The translations under genes were made by a program, and so were the position numbers. Below the pieces are notes generated by a model. It did not search any database. It saw only the letters and a list, made by a program, of their open reading frames with translations, and had not been told where the DNA came from. From Podarcis melisellensis (lineage: Eukaryota), in assembly GCA_964234715.1 (NCBI GenBank), contig OZ174286.1: a DNA stretch of 64,000 nucleotides. One strand, 5' to 3'. The first letter of the stretch is position 1; each line of letters begins with the position of its first letter. Positions 25,415 to 38,000 of the stretch are shown in pieces.

Positions 25415-25997
25415 CCGTATTTTTCGCCCTATAGGATGCACTTTTTCCCCTCCAAAAACAAAGGGGAAATCTGTGTCCGTCCTATGGGGCGAATGCAGGC
25501 TTTCGCTGAAGCTTGGAGAGCGAGAGGGGTCAGTGCGCACCGACTCCTCTCGCTCTCCAGGCTTCAGGAAGCTATCAGCAAGCCTGGGGAGCCCGCGGGA
25601 GTTCCCGCAGGGCTCCCTAGGCTGCGGATAGCAGCCTGTTGCACGGAGCGGGGGGTGCGCTGAAGCAGAGCACCCCGCACTTCGGGCAGACATCAGGCAG
25701 CCCCACAAGCTCAGGGGACAGCGGGGAGGCGTAGCGCCGCCATCCCGCTGTTCCCCGACCTGGTTTGGAGGCTGGCGCTGGGGGAGAAGCACACTTCTCC
25801 CCAGCGGTAGCCCCACAAGCTCGGGGGACAGCGGGGAGATGCAGCGCCACCATCCCGCTGTTCCCTGACCTGGTTTGGATTCCCCGACCTGGTTGGGGGG
25901 GGGGGAAATAAAGGAAAAAATGTTTTCCTTTATTTTTCCCAAAAAAAACCTAGGTGTGTCCTATGGACCGGTGTGTCCTATGGGACGAAAAATACGG
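25415..25997. mobile_element. Tc2/pogo-like non-autonomous DNA transposon with GC-rich duplicated interior
   Basis: TIR CCGTATTTTTCG / CGAAAAATACGG; TA TSD; ~70-bp internal unit repeated at ~25700 and ~25810. Confidence 0.85.
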
Positions 25998-28900
25998 TAC
26001 TTCAATTTCGGCTTCTTGAACCCAGTCTTAGAGTACTGGTTATTTTCAGTTTTGGTCTCATTCACACTGAATGAGTGTTAAATCTCAGGTTGCTTAGCGA
26101 GCCCTAAGACTGACATCCAGAGAACCTTTGACAGTACTGGTGCAGTGGAAAAGCATTGCCACCACTGCTTGTCCAGCTCCATCATTCCATGTTCCTCATG
26201 CTTAAAATAAGTAGGAATTTAATTCTGCTCCACAGTAAGAAACAGAAAAGGTGCAGAAATGATGGGACTCTAGAGGAATAGGGTGGGAGGTGGAAGAGTT
26301 AGCACCCTCTCCTGCTGTATAAAGCAATTGAGATGGCTCAGTCAATACAGCATGAGACTCTTGATCTCACATTGGGCAAAATATTCCTGAATTCCAGGGG
26401 TTGGACTTACATGACCCTCATGGTCCTTTCCAACTCTATGGTTCTACTACATTAGGTAAGAGGTTGCAACCCGGCAATACTAGTAAGCCCAACATGTGCT
26501 TTACTCTTGGATTGTCAACTCATGTCTATATTCAACAGCTTGAGTCATGGCCTGAGCTGCTGTGTTATCATTATGTGATGGCTATTTTACCATCAACACA
26601 AGACCAAAAGCGAAACTAATATAACATTTATCATGCCACCGAGGGCTGAATGTTCTGGGATGGAATGTCATTCTCACTGAGGAAACAAGAGTTCGCTTGT
26701 GATTAAGACTTCATATTTCCCTTGCTTGAAATTTGTGGTGTGTGTGTAAGAAAGAGCAGAAGCTCCCTAAACAATGACGACTAGAACAATTGCTTGAAAG
26801 CAAGCTTTTTCAGTAAACAAGCAAATAGCTAGGGCTTGTTTTTGCAAGGATGTATTAAAAGAAAATAAATGTCAATTAAAATATTTTAACATCAAAGGCA
26901 AATTTCTCTCAAGTTACAGGCAACAAACACTTGAATTTGATTATTAAATTGAAAAAGCTTTAATTAGCCCACGTCAGTTTGCCTTTTAAAAAATGAAAAC
27001 ATCCTATGCTAAATATACCTCTCAAGGTTTATTTTAACAACAGTATTTTATACACACTCATACAAATTAAATACAGTGTCCTTGAATCCATTTCAGATAT
27101 ACACAAAGAACTTCAGCTTTAAAAAAGAAGAAGAAGAAGAAGAAGTCCCACAGGATCACAGATGTCCCACAGATGTACCTAGGAGTACACCTCACTGTAC
27201 TTGACAGGGCTTACTTCCATGTAAACATGCATGGGATTGCACTGTCACTCTCGTAATATCTCACACATTAGCTAGTCCTAAAGCTGAGTAATGGATATAT
27301 AGCCACCAAACAGAATTTTTTCTAACCCAGTGCTTTCCACTCTGTGCTCCTAGAAACACTACCTAGGTCTAGGCAACCTACAACCCAAGGGCCACCCAGC
27401 AGTGTAACATGAGTTGCTGGTGCCCAGAGTGCGCAAGCCGCTGACACCACCAGAGCACGCTGTTCCCCCCACTGGAGCCAAATTACTTTCATTAGTAACA
27501 TGTAGTTAGCCCTTAAAGGTTCACTCACATATGAACACACTTTAGACCACATCACTCAGTGCTTAAGGTGATCTTGTGAAGTGATCATATAGCCACAATG
27601 AGCCACATTATCATCTTCCTCAATGGTTTTCGAACTGTGTTTCAAGCAACCCTGTGGTTTCTTCAGAAGTTATAGCAGGGGTTCCATAATATGATGATCA
27701 ATAACAGCAGACAAACTTCCCAGAAACACAGCTTAGGGTTTGTCATAGAAAGCACAAGTCCAAGCAGTTTTCCATTCGTCCCACACTTTCTAGGCACAGG
27801 TCTGAGTGGTTTTGCCTTTGCCCGGAGCTTTCCCCTGGAAAACCTGCTCTTTAGCACTAAATCGGAACAAGCAGAAATCAGATTGCTGATTGTTCTGATT
27901 CAGCGCCGGGGAAAACGTCAGCGCAAATGGAGGTGTGGGTGAGTCCTTGTTCACCACTATCAACCATCTGCTGCAATGCAAAGGCATGGGGGAGTGTTGG
28001 GAGAGTCCCAGGGAACCGCATTCATTTGCATTTGGGTGTTAAGTCTGCATCTCAAAATATTCCCCAGAATCCTCTGCAATGAACAGGGGTTCTGTGGCAG
28101 GAATAAAGGAGGTCCCTAGAAGACAAATGTGGAAAGGGTGTAGTAAAGGAAGAAGGCTTTAAGCTCATATATCTAGCAAAGTGACTACTCAGAGAAGCAA
28201 AGGTTCAGAAGAGACTTCCTTCTCTATAACAGACACTCCAAAAGGGATTGGGCCAATAATAGTGAAGACAAAGCCATTGCTCTAATCTCTCAAAAGAAGT
28301 CAAAGTGAAAGCCTCACATGCACCCTAGCTGCTTATGTTCTCTTCCAATGTCTGCTGTTCATATTTTTCTTTTTCCTGAAATAAAAAGAATACTATTACA
28401 TTTTTTTGTTTAGGATGGGCAATGCATGAGGCACTGTGATCATTCACCTCTGACTTTACTAAAATTCCATTTGTATTTCCCAGGGCAACCTTACTCTTGC
28501 AATGCGTGAAAGGAAACCGTACTGAAAACTAAAATCCCTTACTTTTCACTTCCTGAGATGTGAAGCAGTCAATATTTTTAGTTCTGTATCTGCTTCTCTC
28601 TCTTACCCAAGTAGAAACACAAATCTAAAATCAGAAGTATTTTAGCATTTAGTTAATATTGCTGTAGTATCTCCCCCCCTTTTTTTGTGGGTAGGGGGAC
28701 AGAAATTAGAACTGTCTTAGTATAGTGTCCAAATATACACATTATGTTTTTTTGCCTACACATCAAATTAGCAGGCTCTGAAAAGGACTACATCTTATTC
28801 TAAGAAAATTATTAATCTATGTTCCCATTGTGTGAGACATAAAGAAAATTCTGTGACCTAGAAATTACTGCATTTATAATGAACTATGTTGCAGATAACT

Positions 28901-29554
28901 GTGACACTTTGCAATTACCCACTTATTTCCTTCTGTATCAAAGCTATTAACAGAACGGAGAAGGATGCGCCAGCTTCGAGGAAAATCTCAAGGGTGGAAT
29001 GGCTGAAATAATACAACATGGAGCAGTGTGTCATCTGCCCTTTAGCACCATTCTGCTTCCAGAAAGCAAAGGAAATTGGTGGATGTGAAGGAATGAAGGC
29101 CTGAAGCAATTTTTAATGACGGCTACTCAAGGTCTCAATCATCAGGCTATCTTACATTGTATAGTCTAGACCAAAACTACTTAACAGTTCAAAATAAACC
29201 TTATTAGCTGCTGCAACATATGAAAATGGCAAGTAATCATTAAACAACTCACTACTAGACTGGTCAGCAGGTCAACCAAGGGCAGTCAGTCTAGCGTCCA
29301 GATCCCATTCTTCCCTTCTCATTTTCTTCCCTTTCTGATGTCAGACTCATAGATTCATAGCTGGATGAAGCTAAAACTTTGAGACTGGTGTGCTGCTTGT
29401 CCTAGGATGGTATGGAAGTTGAGGGTGGGAATTCACCCTTCACAAAGTCAGACAGCAGGGAGTTCATTTTAACAGGCTCTTGCTCCCCTTTAAAAATGTG
29501 TATATGTGTGTCTGTGTTGTAAGTAGTCCATGCCCACTACAAAGTGAAAATATA

Positions 29555-29899
29555 CAGTGGTGCCTCGCAAGACGAAATTAATCCGTTCCGTGAGGCTCTT
29601 CGTATAGCGGTTTTTTTGTCTTGCGAAGCAAGCCCATTGACAGCTTAGCGGATGAGTGCTATTAGCGGTTTAGCAGCTTTTAGCGTCTTTTAGCGGCTTA
29701 TCAGCTTAGCGGATCAGCTGATAAGCGGCTTAGCTGCTTAGAAAAAGGGGGGGGGAGCCGCAGCAACTCGCAATACATTTTCATCTTGCGAAGCAAGCCC
29801 ATAGGAAAATTCGTTTTGCGAAGCGCCTCCAAAACAGAAAACCCTTTCGTCTAGCGGGTTTTCCGTCTTGTGAGGCGTTCGTCTTGCGGGGCACCACTG
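29555..29899. mobile_element. Tc1/mariner (Tigger-like) MITE (third family)
   Basis: TIR CAGTGGTGCCTCGCAAGACGAA / TTCGTCTTGCGGGGCACCACTG; TA TSD; internal ttagcgg repeats. Confidence 0.9.
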
Positions 29900-31145
29900 T
29901 ATTGAGGAGATAGGAAATCTTAAGTAGGCTGCAAAAGGAAGAACCAATGTGATGCCTTTATTTTCTTACACACTAGAGTAATCTGGAAATAGAAGTAACA
30001 ATGTCCCCAGCAGGTCTTGCATTCCCTTTTCTTTTTGCTGGCAAATCACTGCCATCTCACCCTTTCATGTTTTTGGCACCCACTGCGAGGGTTTACGCCT
30101 TTTATTCACTCACATACCTAGGTGGTAGTGTAAGCATGATCTTCCCATCACCTTGGGGGCACCTGGAGTTGTTCCTATACATCCGCTTCCACCTCATCCC
30201 TCCGTCACTCTCAAAGCTGTTTCATCTGGAACAGCCCTACCACAACACGCAAGCTCCAATGTGCACATTCCTAGCTCCTCCCATAATGTAGCCAGGAGCT
30301 GCATTGCAAAAGTCAGTGTTAGACAGGGGACAGGATATTAGGGCACTGGAGGTAGCAGGGAAGCAAATGGCTAGGTTGGGGGCTGTGCTGATGCCCTGCC
30401 TGTTTCCCAACACTCTTTATCATGTGCCAGTCTCTGGGGGTCTTTGTAGGAGGAGAGGACTGTGAGCAGAGTGAGCTCTTGACTTGGGCCCAAGTCTGAA
30501 GGTAACGGTGCCATTGCCTGGTATGGGAAAGGAACTTCGTCCAGTTATGAGAAGACAAAAACTCCAATGCAAATCCTCATTATTACATATTTTACATGGC
30601 TGTTTATTTGTATATATTTTAAAATTCGTTCCTGAGAGAAGTGGACCCAGTGCCAGCTAACAGTCCCCTCCCCCAGTTGCTAACCAAATGCAAGGAAAGC
30701 GTGTGGACAGGGTGGGAAGGGACATTGCAGTAGTCCACTTTAAGAATGGAGCAGGTTAAGGTGTGCAAGAAAAAATCCTCCATCCTCTTCTCAGGGTGGT
30801 CCTCTGTGCTGAATAGCACTGTCTCCACTTTCATTCAAGGTGGTGATGAAGCAAATACCAAAACTCCATCTTTCATTGCAGCAACTCTTGCCAGTTGATT
30901 ATTTGCCTTTATAGCAGATTGGCAAAATCAGACACTTCTCTCAGGAACAAATACATTGTCCAAGTGCATTATGTCCTAACCACAGAAAGGTTACAAAACT
31001 CTAAGAATGACTCATAAAACCATTACTTAGCCTCTTGGACACTATGTATTCAGTATGAGGGAGGGGAGGAGGAGACGACCTATATTCATCTTAGATTTAC
31101 ATTGAACATTCTTCCTGTTCACTTTGACTCACAATTTGTTTGTGT

Positions 31146-31373
31146 GAAGAAGAAGAGGAGTTTGGATTTGATATCCCCCTTTATCACTACCCGAAGGAGT
31201 CTCAAAGTGGCTAACAATCTCCTTTCCCTTCCTCCCCCACAACAAACACTCTGTGAGGTAAGTGGGACTGAGAGACTTCAAAGAAGTGTGACTAGTCCAA
31301 GGTGGAGGAGCGGAGTTGCAAACCCGGTTCACCAGATTATGAGTCCACCGCTCTTAACCACTTCACCACACTG
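31146..31373 (-). mobile_element. Lacertid-type tRNA-derived SINE
   Basis: Minus-strand head cagtgtggtgaagtggttaagagcggtggactc...gaaccgggttt; (CTT)n tail. Confidence 0.75.
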
Positions 31374-31834
31374 AAGCTTTGTTTAATGGGGAAAATGGCA
31401 TCCTGGTATGTCCTCCAGCATATTAATTCCTCCTTATATTGGTTTTAACACTGTAGGAAAATGTGGTCTGCTAATGAATTCTGAAAACTTCAAAAACAAA
31501 CAAACATACATATATACATACATTCTTTGATAAGGACAAAGGGAAAGTAATAGTTTTCACCTTCCTATTCTAACTGGTTAGGGTTCAGATCTATAGTCAA
31601 GAATAATTATAAGAAGCAGATATTTGAAAGATCTACAAATCCCATAAGCACCAGCATTCCAAACATTCCCAGGTGCATCCAGTAAATTTATGTGTGCTGG
31701 CTCCTCTCGCTTGTAAAGAGGCAGATCAGAGGTGGGGAATCTCCGACCAGCATGCCTAATGAGGGCCACCAGGCCTCCCCATTTGGCCCATTTCGGTCAA
31801 GTCATGCTCACCAGCCCAGCTGTAGAATTGGAAG

Positions 31835-32737
31835 GTTCTACACTTAGGCAGGAGGAACCAGCTTCACAAATATAAGATGGGGGGCACTTGGCTTAACATG
31901 AGTCAACAGTATGATGCAGCAGCAGAAAGAAGCTATGCTATTCTAGGCTGCATCAACAGAAGCATAATATCCAGGTCAAGGAAAGTAATAGTCCCACTCT
32001 ATTCTGCCTGGAGCACTGTGTCCCATTCTGGGCACCACAGTTTAAGGATACTAACAAGCTGGAATGTAACACTGATTATTATTATATCCACTGATGATGG
32101 TGGTGGTGGTGATATATTTATTTGTACTTCACTTTGAGGGACTTGAGGTAGTGTACAGATAAAATAGGAACAGCTAAAAACATAGAAAAAACCCTCACTC
32201 ATTAAAAAAAAATTAAACATGTATAGAATAAAAACTCTCTCTGTGTGTGTGTGTGTTTTCTATTAAAAACACACAGATAATTACAATAAAAACAGCATGT
32301 TTCCCAAACCTGTTGGAATAAGGTGGTCTTCAACTGGTGGCAGAAGCACAACAAGGAGGGAATCAGTATAACTTCTCTAGGGAGGAAGTTCCAAAGTCTG
32401 GAAGCAGCCACTGAGAAGGCCCTCACCCACATCCCCACCAAGCAGGCTTGTGAGGGCAGCAGGACCGAGAAAAGGGTCTCCCCTCAAGATCTCAGAACCC
32501 AGGCAGGCTCATATGAGGTAATGCTGTCTTTTAGATAGCATTGGGTCTTTCAAATAACACTATTATTATTATTATTATTATTATTACTTACAGATGAGCT
32601 GAGATTTAAGAAGGGCAAGTGTAAGAAATAAAAGAAAGGGGAAAATCATAATGGACAAATATACACAAGTAGCCAACACTTGCTGGGATAAGGCCAAGTG
32701 GACCAAAGCTTAGAATGAACTCAGGCTTGCAAGAGAG

Positions 32738-32780
<43 letters not shown>

Positions 32781-33200
32781 GATTTATTGAGCTATGTTTG
32801 AAGCAAAAGGAAGAACAAACAAGTAGTAGGTCCTTTGTGTGGAGAAGATAGAAATGCTATTGTATAACAGAGAGAGGGCAGAACAGCGCAAAACCTCCTT
32901 TGCCTCTGTCTTCACCCGAAAGGAAAGCAATGCCCAACCTGGTGATAACATAATAAATGTTGTAAGGAGGGAGCTGCAGCCCAAGATAGGAAAAGAGGTG
33001 GTACAGGAACACCTAGCTACTTTAAATGATTCAAATCTCCAGGGCCTCAGGAGCTGTACCCAAGGGTACTAAAGGAGCAGATTACACCAAGCTAGAAGGG
33101 GTAGCTAACGCTACAGAAGACAGAACTGGGATTCAATATGTCCTTAACAGATTGGAGAACTGTCCCCAAATTGACAACATGAATTTCAATAGGGACAAAT
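31835..33200 (+). mobile_element. Cluster of CR1 LINE fragments interrupted by a minus-strand L2 fragment (~32100-32545) and (AAT)n
   Basis: Peptides LNMSQQYDAAA..AILGCINRSI.SR...VIVPLYSA, FASVFT, DYTKLEG..LNRLE..MNFNRDKC are CR1 ORF2 hallmarks; RAFSVAASRLWNFLP is L2. Confidence 0.8.
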
Positions 33201-34429
33201 GTTTTAACAAACAAAATCTTCTACTCCTTGTTTTTTTGTTCCATTAATGCCTTGACAAATTGCATATGGCATAGACGAGAGAACTAAGATATTAATGGGC
33301 GCAAAGACTATTATTGAAAAGGCCACAGAAACACATTGTAACAAAACAGAAATAGAAGAGAATGTCTATAACATCAGTCTATAACAAAAAAATAGTGCTA
33401 GGATTAATAAAATATGTGGCAAATCCATATACTTGTGACAGCAAGATATTTGCTATGTTGAGAGAAAACTCTATTATATGGGATAGCAGCGTTAGCAAGT
33501 TTTCTTTAAAATAATGCACTTAGCTTACAAAAAAAAAAGCACACATAAAATCTGATGGGGATGTCCTGACTCACAACTCAAACACCCAAATCCTAGCCAT
33601 ACTTACCTTGAAATAAATCTCATTAATTCCAGTGCAACTTATTATAAGTAAATACGCTTAGGATTCCAGCCTCGGTCTGGTTTGGAATACAGATAGGCAA
33701 CTGGCTCAATCCACTTCCCTGAGGGCATCCAAAGCGTCATTCAACACAGACCCTACTTCAAAAATGACCTCCTTATATTATGCACCTCACCCATTTCCCC
33801 CATCATGAGCTGAGACACACACAAATGGCTCTTTAACACCCTCCACATGGTTTCAACGGCAACAGAAGCCTTGGCAGAGTTTTCCCATTACACATGTCAG
33901 ATCTAATCCCCTTATGACAGCCAAGATACAGGCAAATAATATTTGTGAGCAGCTCTCCATCAAAGTCTTCTTTTTGCTGCTTGCAAAGAGGAGCTGAAGG
34001 TGCTAAAAAGCCACCTGCCTGCACTTCGACATGGGCCACAGGAGTAAGAAATGAATGACACCAAGGTTGCTGGCCTTCTAGACCTTGTTCAGTTCAAAAG
34101 ATGGCCCTTGTTAAAAAAAATTGTTGCTGATCAGCAATTTAGGATTTGTGGAGCACAAAATAACCCTGCCTTAGCACTATAAGAGCCACAGCATCATAAT
34201 CAGGCAGCTGACTGAAGCAGTCACACTTTGTTTACCCTGAGGCCAGGCAAAGGGCTTGAAGGGAAAAGAAGAAACATGGTGGATTCTTCGGATGTAATTA
34301 TGCATTCCTGAATAAAGCACAGTTGATTTTAAACACTTTGTAGGAATGCTTTCCAAATCAATTTGTCTGCTGAGGAACATCTGAGAATGCAGAGGATTCT
34401 GGGGCAAATTCTGAGGTCATCATAGTCAT

Positions 34430-34610
34430 CATCTGACTGGGTTGCCCCAGCACCAACACTTTGAATTATGCTCAGAAACATACTGGGAGCCAATGCAGAT
34501 ATTTTAGGACCAGTGTTATATGGCCCCAGCAGCTGCTCTCGGTCACCACTCTGGCAGCCACATTCTGGAATAGTTGTAGTTTCTGGATCACCTTCAAAGG
34601 TAGCGCCATG
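34430..34610 (-). mobile_element. L2 LINE fragment
   Basis: Similar to 61740-61870 (actgggagccaatgcag...ctggcagccacattctgga). Confidence 0.6.
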
Positions 34611-36087
34611 AAATCAGTACCTCTAGAGTACTCTTTCAGGTCTGATGAGCTTCACTCTCACCCTACATGTGTCCAAATCCTAGTGGTGTAGAACCCACAA
34701 GCAGGTCAGGAGGGGCTAAGTCCAGCAGGTAGTCTGGGAAGGAAAAAGATAAGGATTCCTGAAAACAACAGTGGCTGTTTTCAGAACCCTGGACAGAACC
34801 CAAAGAGCAGCCTGGCATGTTCTAAAAAGACCTTGGTCTCAACTGAGCTCTTACTACTTTTTCTTGGCAGTGAGAGGTCAAATAATAAGGGCTCACCAGC
34901 CCCATTTCCTCCCTCTCTCCTCTCCCAACCTTATATACAACACAAATGTCTCACATCAAATGTAACTGATCGGGGGGGGGGGGGTCCTACAACCTGAAAA
35001 AGAGGTAATGCACATACTTTTGTAACCTAAGAAAATCTTTAATAAAAAATATTTTTTTAAAAAAACAACCGGAGCCCTTATTACACTTCCTGAGTCTAAC
35101 TAGCCTCTCTCAAGCAGCAGCAGCATCCCCTTAAAGTGACAGTCCTCTAGCCTGGCGCCTAGTTCTCTGTCACATCTGCAGGGCCTCAGGCTGGGCACGC
35201 TGCCTGTACTGGAGAGCAGGTTTGATGGGAAGGGAGGCCCTGGAGCTCAGGGAGGGGGTTCTCTGGCTGTTGGACACAAAGTAAGCAGCGAGGTCTATAG
35301 AGACCCAGAGTCAGCACCACTCTCACCTTGCCCTCTGGGTCCACTTATGGGACACTGCTCATAGGAAACGTTCATGAGAAAATGAAAACTGAACATGGTA
35401 TTTAGGGGTGTCTTTTGTAATATTCACATGTTTAATGAAAAAGCTATGACAGACCTTGGGAGAATTAATTGTACCTATAAGCATCACCGAAGAAGAAAGC
35501 AATGCCTTTGCAGTGTGTGAGAGCATTTCAAAGCACTGCATTATATATAAAGTCCAAATAAATCATTTCGTTTACCAAACTTTCTAGGCTATGATTAGCA
35601 CCAGTCTGCATCAATCAAATAGTTGTTGTTTTTTCTCAATCAACTATTCATTTAAAAGACATAATAAAAAGGAAAGGAAAATGACTAGATGTTCTCTTTG
35701 GAAACTCAGACAGCTTGTTTCAAACTAGATTTCTTTGGTGGCTTTTCAAGCCATTGCCAGGATTTTAACTAAAATGTACCACTTACTGAGTATAATTCTA
35801 TTCAGAATAGTAATAAAAATAGTACCACACTTTTTAGAAATAATTGTGTGTGTATTTCTGAGGAAATTGAAAAGACAAGTATAGACTGCAGCCAAGACAC
35901 ATACTGTACTGTACTCTATTTCTTTACAAACACACACACAGCAGAAAAATGATAATCCCTTCTTAGTGGAAAATCCAAATTTTCAAATGACTCCCCAAGC
36001 TAAAATGAATTACTGTAATAACCAGAATCCTCATATGTTCGCTGTTCAACAAAGGCACAGCTGACCACCTGCTATGTTGCATCTTAC

Positions 36088-36165
36088 AGACAGCAGTTTT
36101 CCCATTTCTCAAATGCTGTTCTCTTTAGACCAGGGATGCGCCCCACTGAATCATATGACAGATTA
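36088..36165 (-). other. Candidate small (likely 5'UTR) exon
   Basis: Long polypyrimidine tract ending tttttAG at 36167-36166; GTAAGA donor at 36087. Confidence 0.3.
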
Positions 36166-37229
36166 CTAAAAACACAGGGAAGGGGCAAGGGGAGCAAGGG
36201 AAAGGGTTCTCCTTCTGGCTTGAGTGACTGCTGTACCGCGTCTCTGTGCTTCTGCTGAGTGCAGCATGACAGGGGTGCCTCTGCAGTTCTAAAGAGGAAG
36301 GATGTCAACAGCCAGACCCAAGCCAAATAAATAATTGCTTTAATTTGAGGATATACCACACATGGCTGAAATGGGCAAACTGAAACGCAGGAGGCTATGT
36401 GTTTGTGTGTGCACTTGCGCTATGCAGCTAGGGAAGGATTATTATTTTAAAAGCTGCATTATTCATGGTTGCATCACTGATCTTAAACCCTCAACCGCAT
36501 ATGACAACAAAACAGAAAAGGTCCTTAGCATGAGTCAATGAAACGTGCCTTTCTTTAACTTGAAAGGAGGCAAGGAGACAGCAAAGGAAAGCAAACAACT
36601 TGCCATTAAAGAATTTGCTGCATTGAGTTAGAGGCTGTTGTAAGCAAAATAAATCAGAGACAAAAAATTTTTTTAGCTCAATACAGGATTACGGAAACCC
36701 TGTCAAACTAATATGAACTGCAGATAGCACAAGGTTACCCACCTTTGTCCCTTATTTTCTTGCTAGTACCGACAGGCCAATTGATATACGCACCAAACCA
36801 AACTGATGCTGAATCCAGAGAAAACATGCACATCCCCTTTCCCCATCCTCCCAGCCACAGAACTCTCATCCTGCATAGCGGACGGGCTTCCAATTCCCTC
36901 AACAACCCGGCAAAAGGAAGGGGGAACGTGTGCACCGTCGAGAGATGCTCAGACTGTATCGTACACATAAACACAACCCTGCCCCCTCCCCCACACATCC
37001 AGTCATGTGCCAGCGGGTGAGTAAAAACTACACATTTGCTGTCACTCTACACCCATCCATTGTCTGCACCTCTTCCTTAAAAGAAGAAATACATCTCTGC
37101 AAGAAAGGAAAGAAAGCAGGCTGGGTGGGCAGGGGGGGAATCTATCTATCTATCTATATCTATCATCTATCTATCCATCCGGTGTGTGTAGCCTGACAAT
37201 GTCTGGTCCATTGGTCCAACTGACTAGGC

Positions 37230-38000
37230 TGAAGGCCCTTCCAGGCACCCAGATTCCTTTTTTGCTTTACTTGACGGGAGGTCGCACCGCCTTTCCCCTC
37301 CCGCCCCAGTAGAGCTGGCTGCACTTCGCAACACCCAGAAGGCGCCCCGGCACGAGAGAAGCCTGGCCGGAGGGGCACCACAATGGCACCTCCACCACGA
37401 CAAGACCCGGAGACGTGGATGCCCAAAGCCCAGTCCCGGGATGCTGGCCGAGGAGGTGGGAGGGCAGAGGGGCAGCCGCCCGCAGGGAAGAGGGTCGGGC
37501 GGCGCCTTACCTGGAGAAAGCGGGGCTGCGTGCAGAGCATGCTCTTCGGCCGAGGCGGCGGCGGCTCCTCAGTCCCCTCGCGCGCGGCTCCGGGCTCCGC
37601 GCTGCAGTCAGGGCGCGCCGGCCGGCCTTCCTCGGGCTGCCCCTTCGCCTCCGCCCGGGCGCCTCCGCCTCCTCCCTCGCAGCGGCGCTCGAGAGGCAAT
37701 TCCCCGCGTAGGTCCGGGCAGCGGAATACGGCAGCAAAGCGGACGCCTCCGCGGCTCCCCGCCCCGCCCTCTCTGGGTACCAGGCAGGAGCCAGCCAATC
37801 AGGAGCGTCGCCCGCCGGCTCGCTTCGCGCCAGCGGGACGCCCCCCCCCCCGCCGCTCCTCCCCGCGCCCGCGCCCGCCCACGCACGGCGGACGGGACCC
37901 GGTGCTGCAAGGGGAGAGGAGGGCGGGCAGGGCGCAGGCCCTCTCCCCAACGGCCTCCCTCCGCAAAGGGACCCCGAGCACCTCGCGCAACCTCGCCGCC
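37230..38000 (-). promoter_or_regulatory. Native CpG-island promoter of an unidentified minus-strand gene
   Basis: High GC/CpG with no flanking TIR/TSD; CCAAT at 37795-37799, GC boxes at ~37757-37769 and 37840-37880. Confidence 0.8.
37511..37740 (-). other. First exon (5' end approximate); contains ATG at 37540 giving MLCTQPRFLQ (N-terminus or uORF)
   Basis: Strong CAG|GTAAGG donor at 37511/37510 downstream of the CCAAT and GC boxes. Confidence 0.6.
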
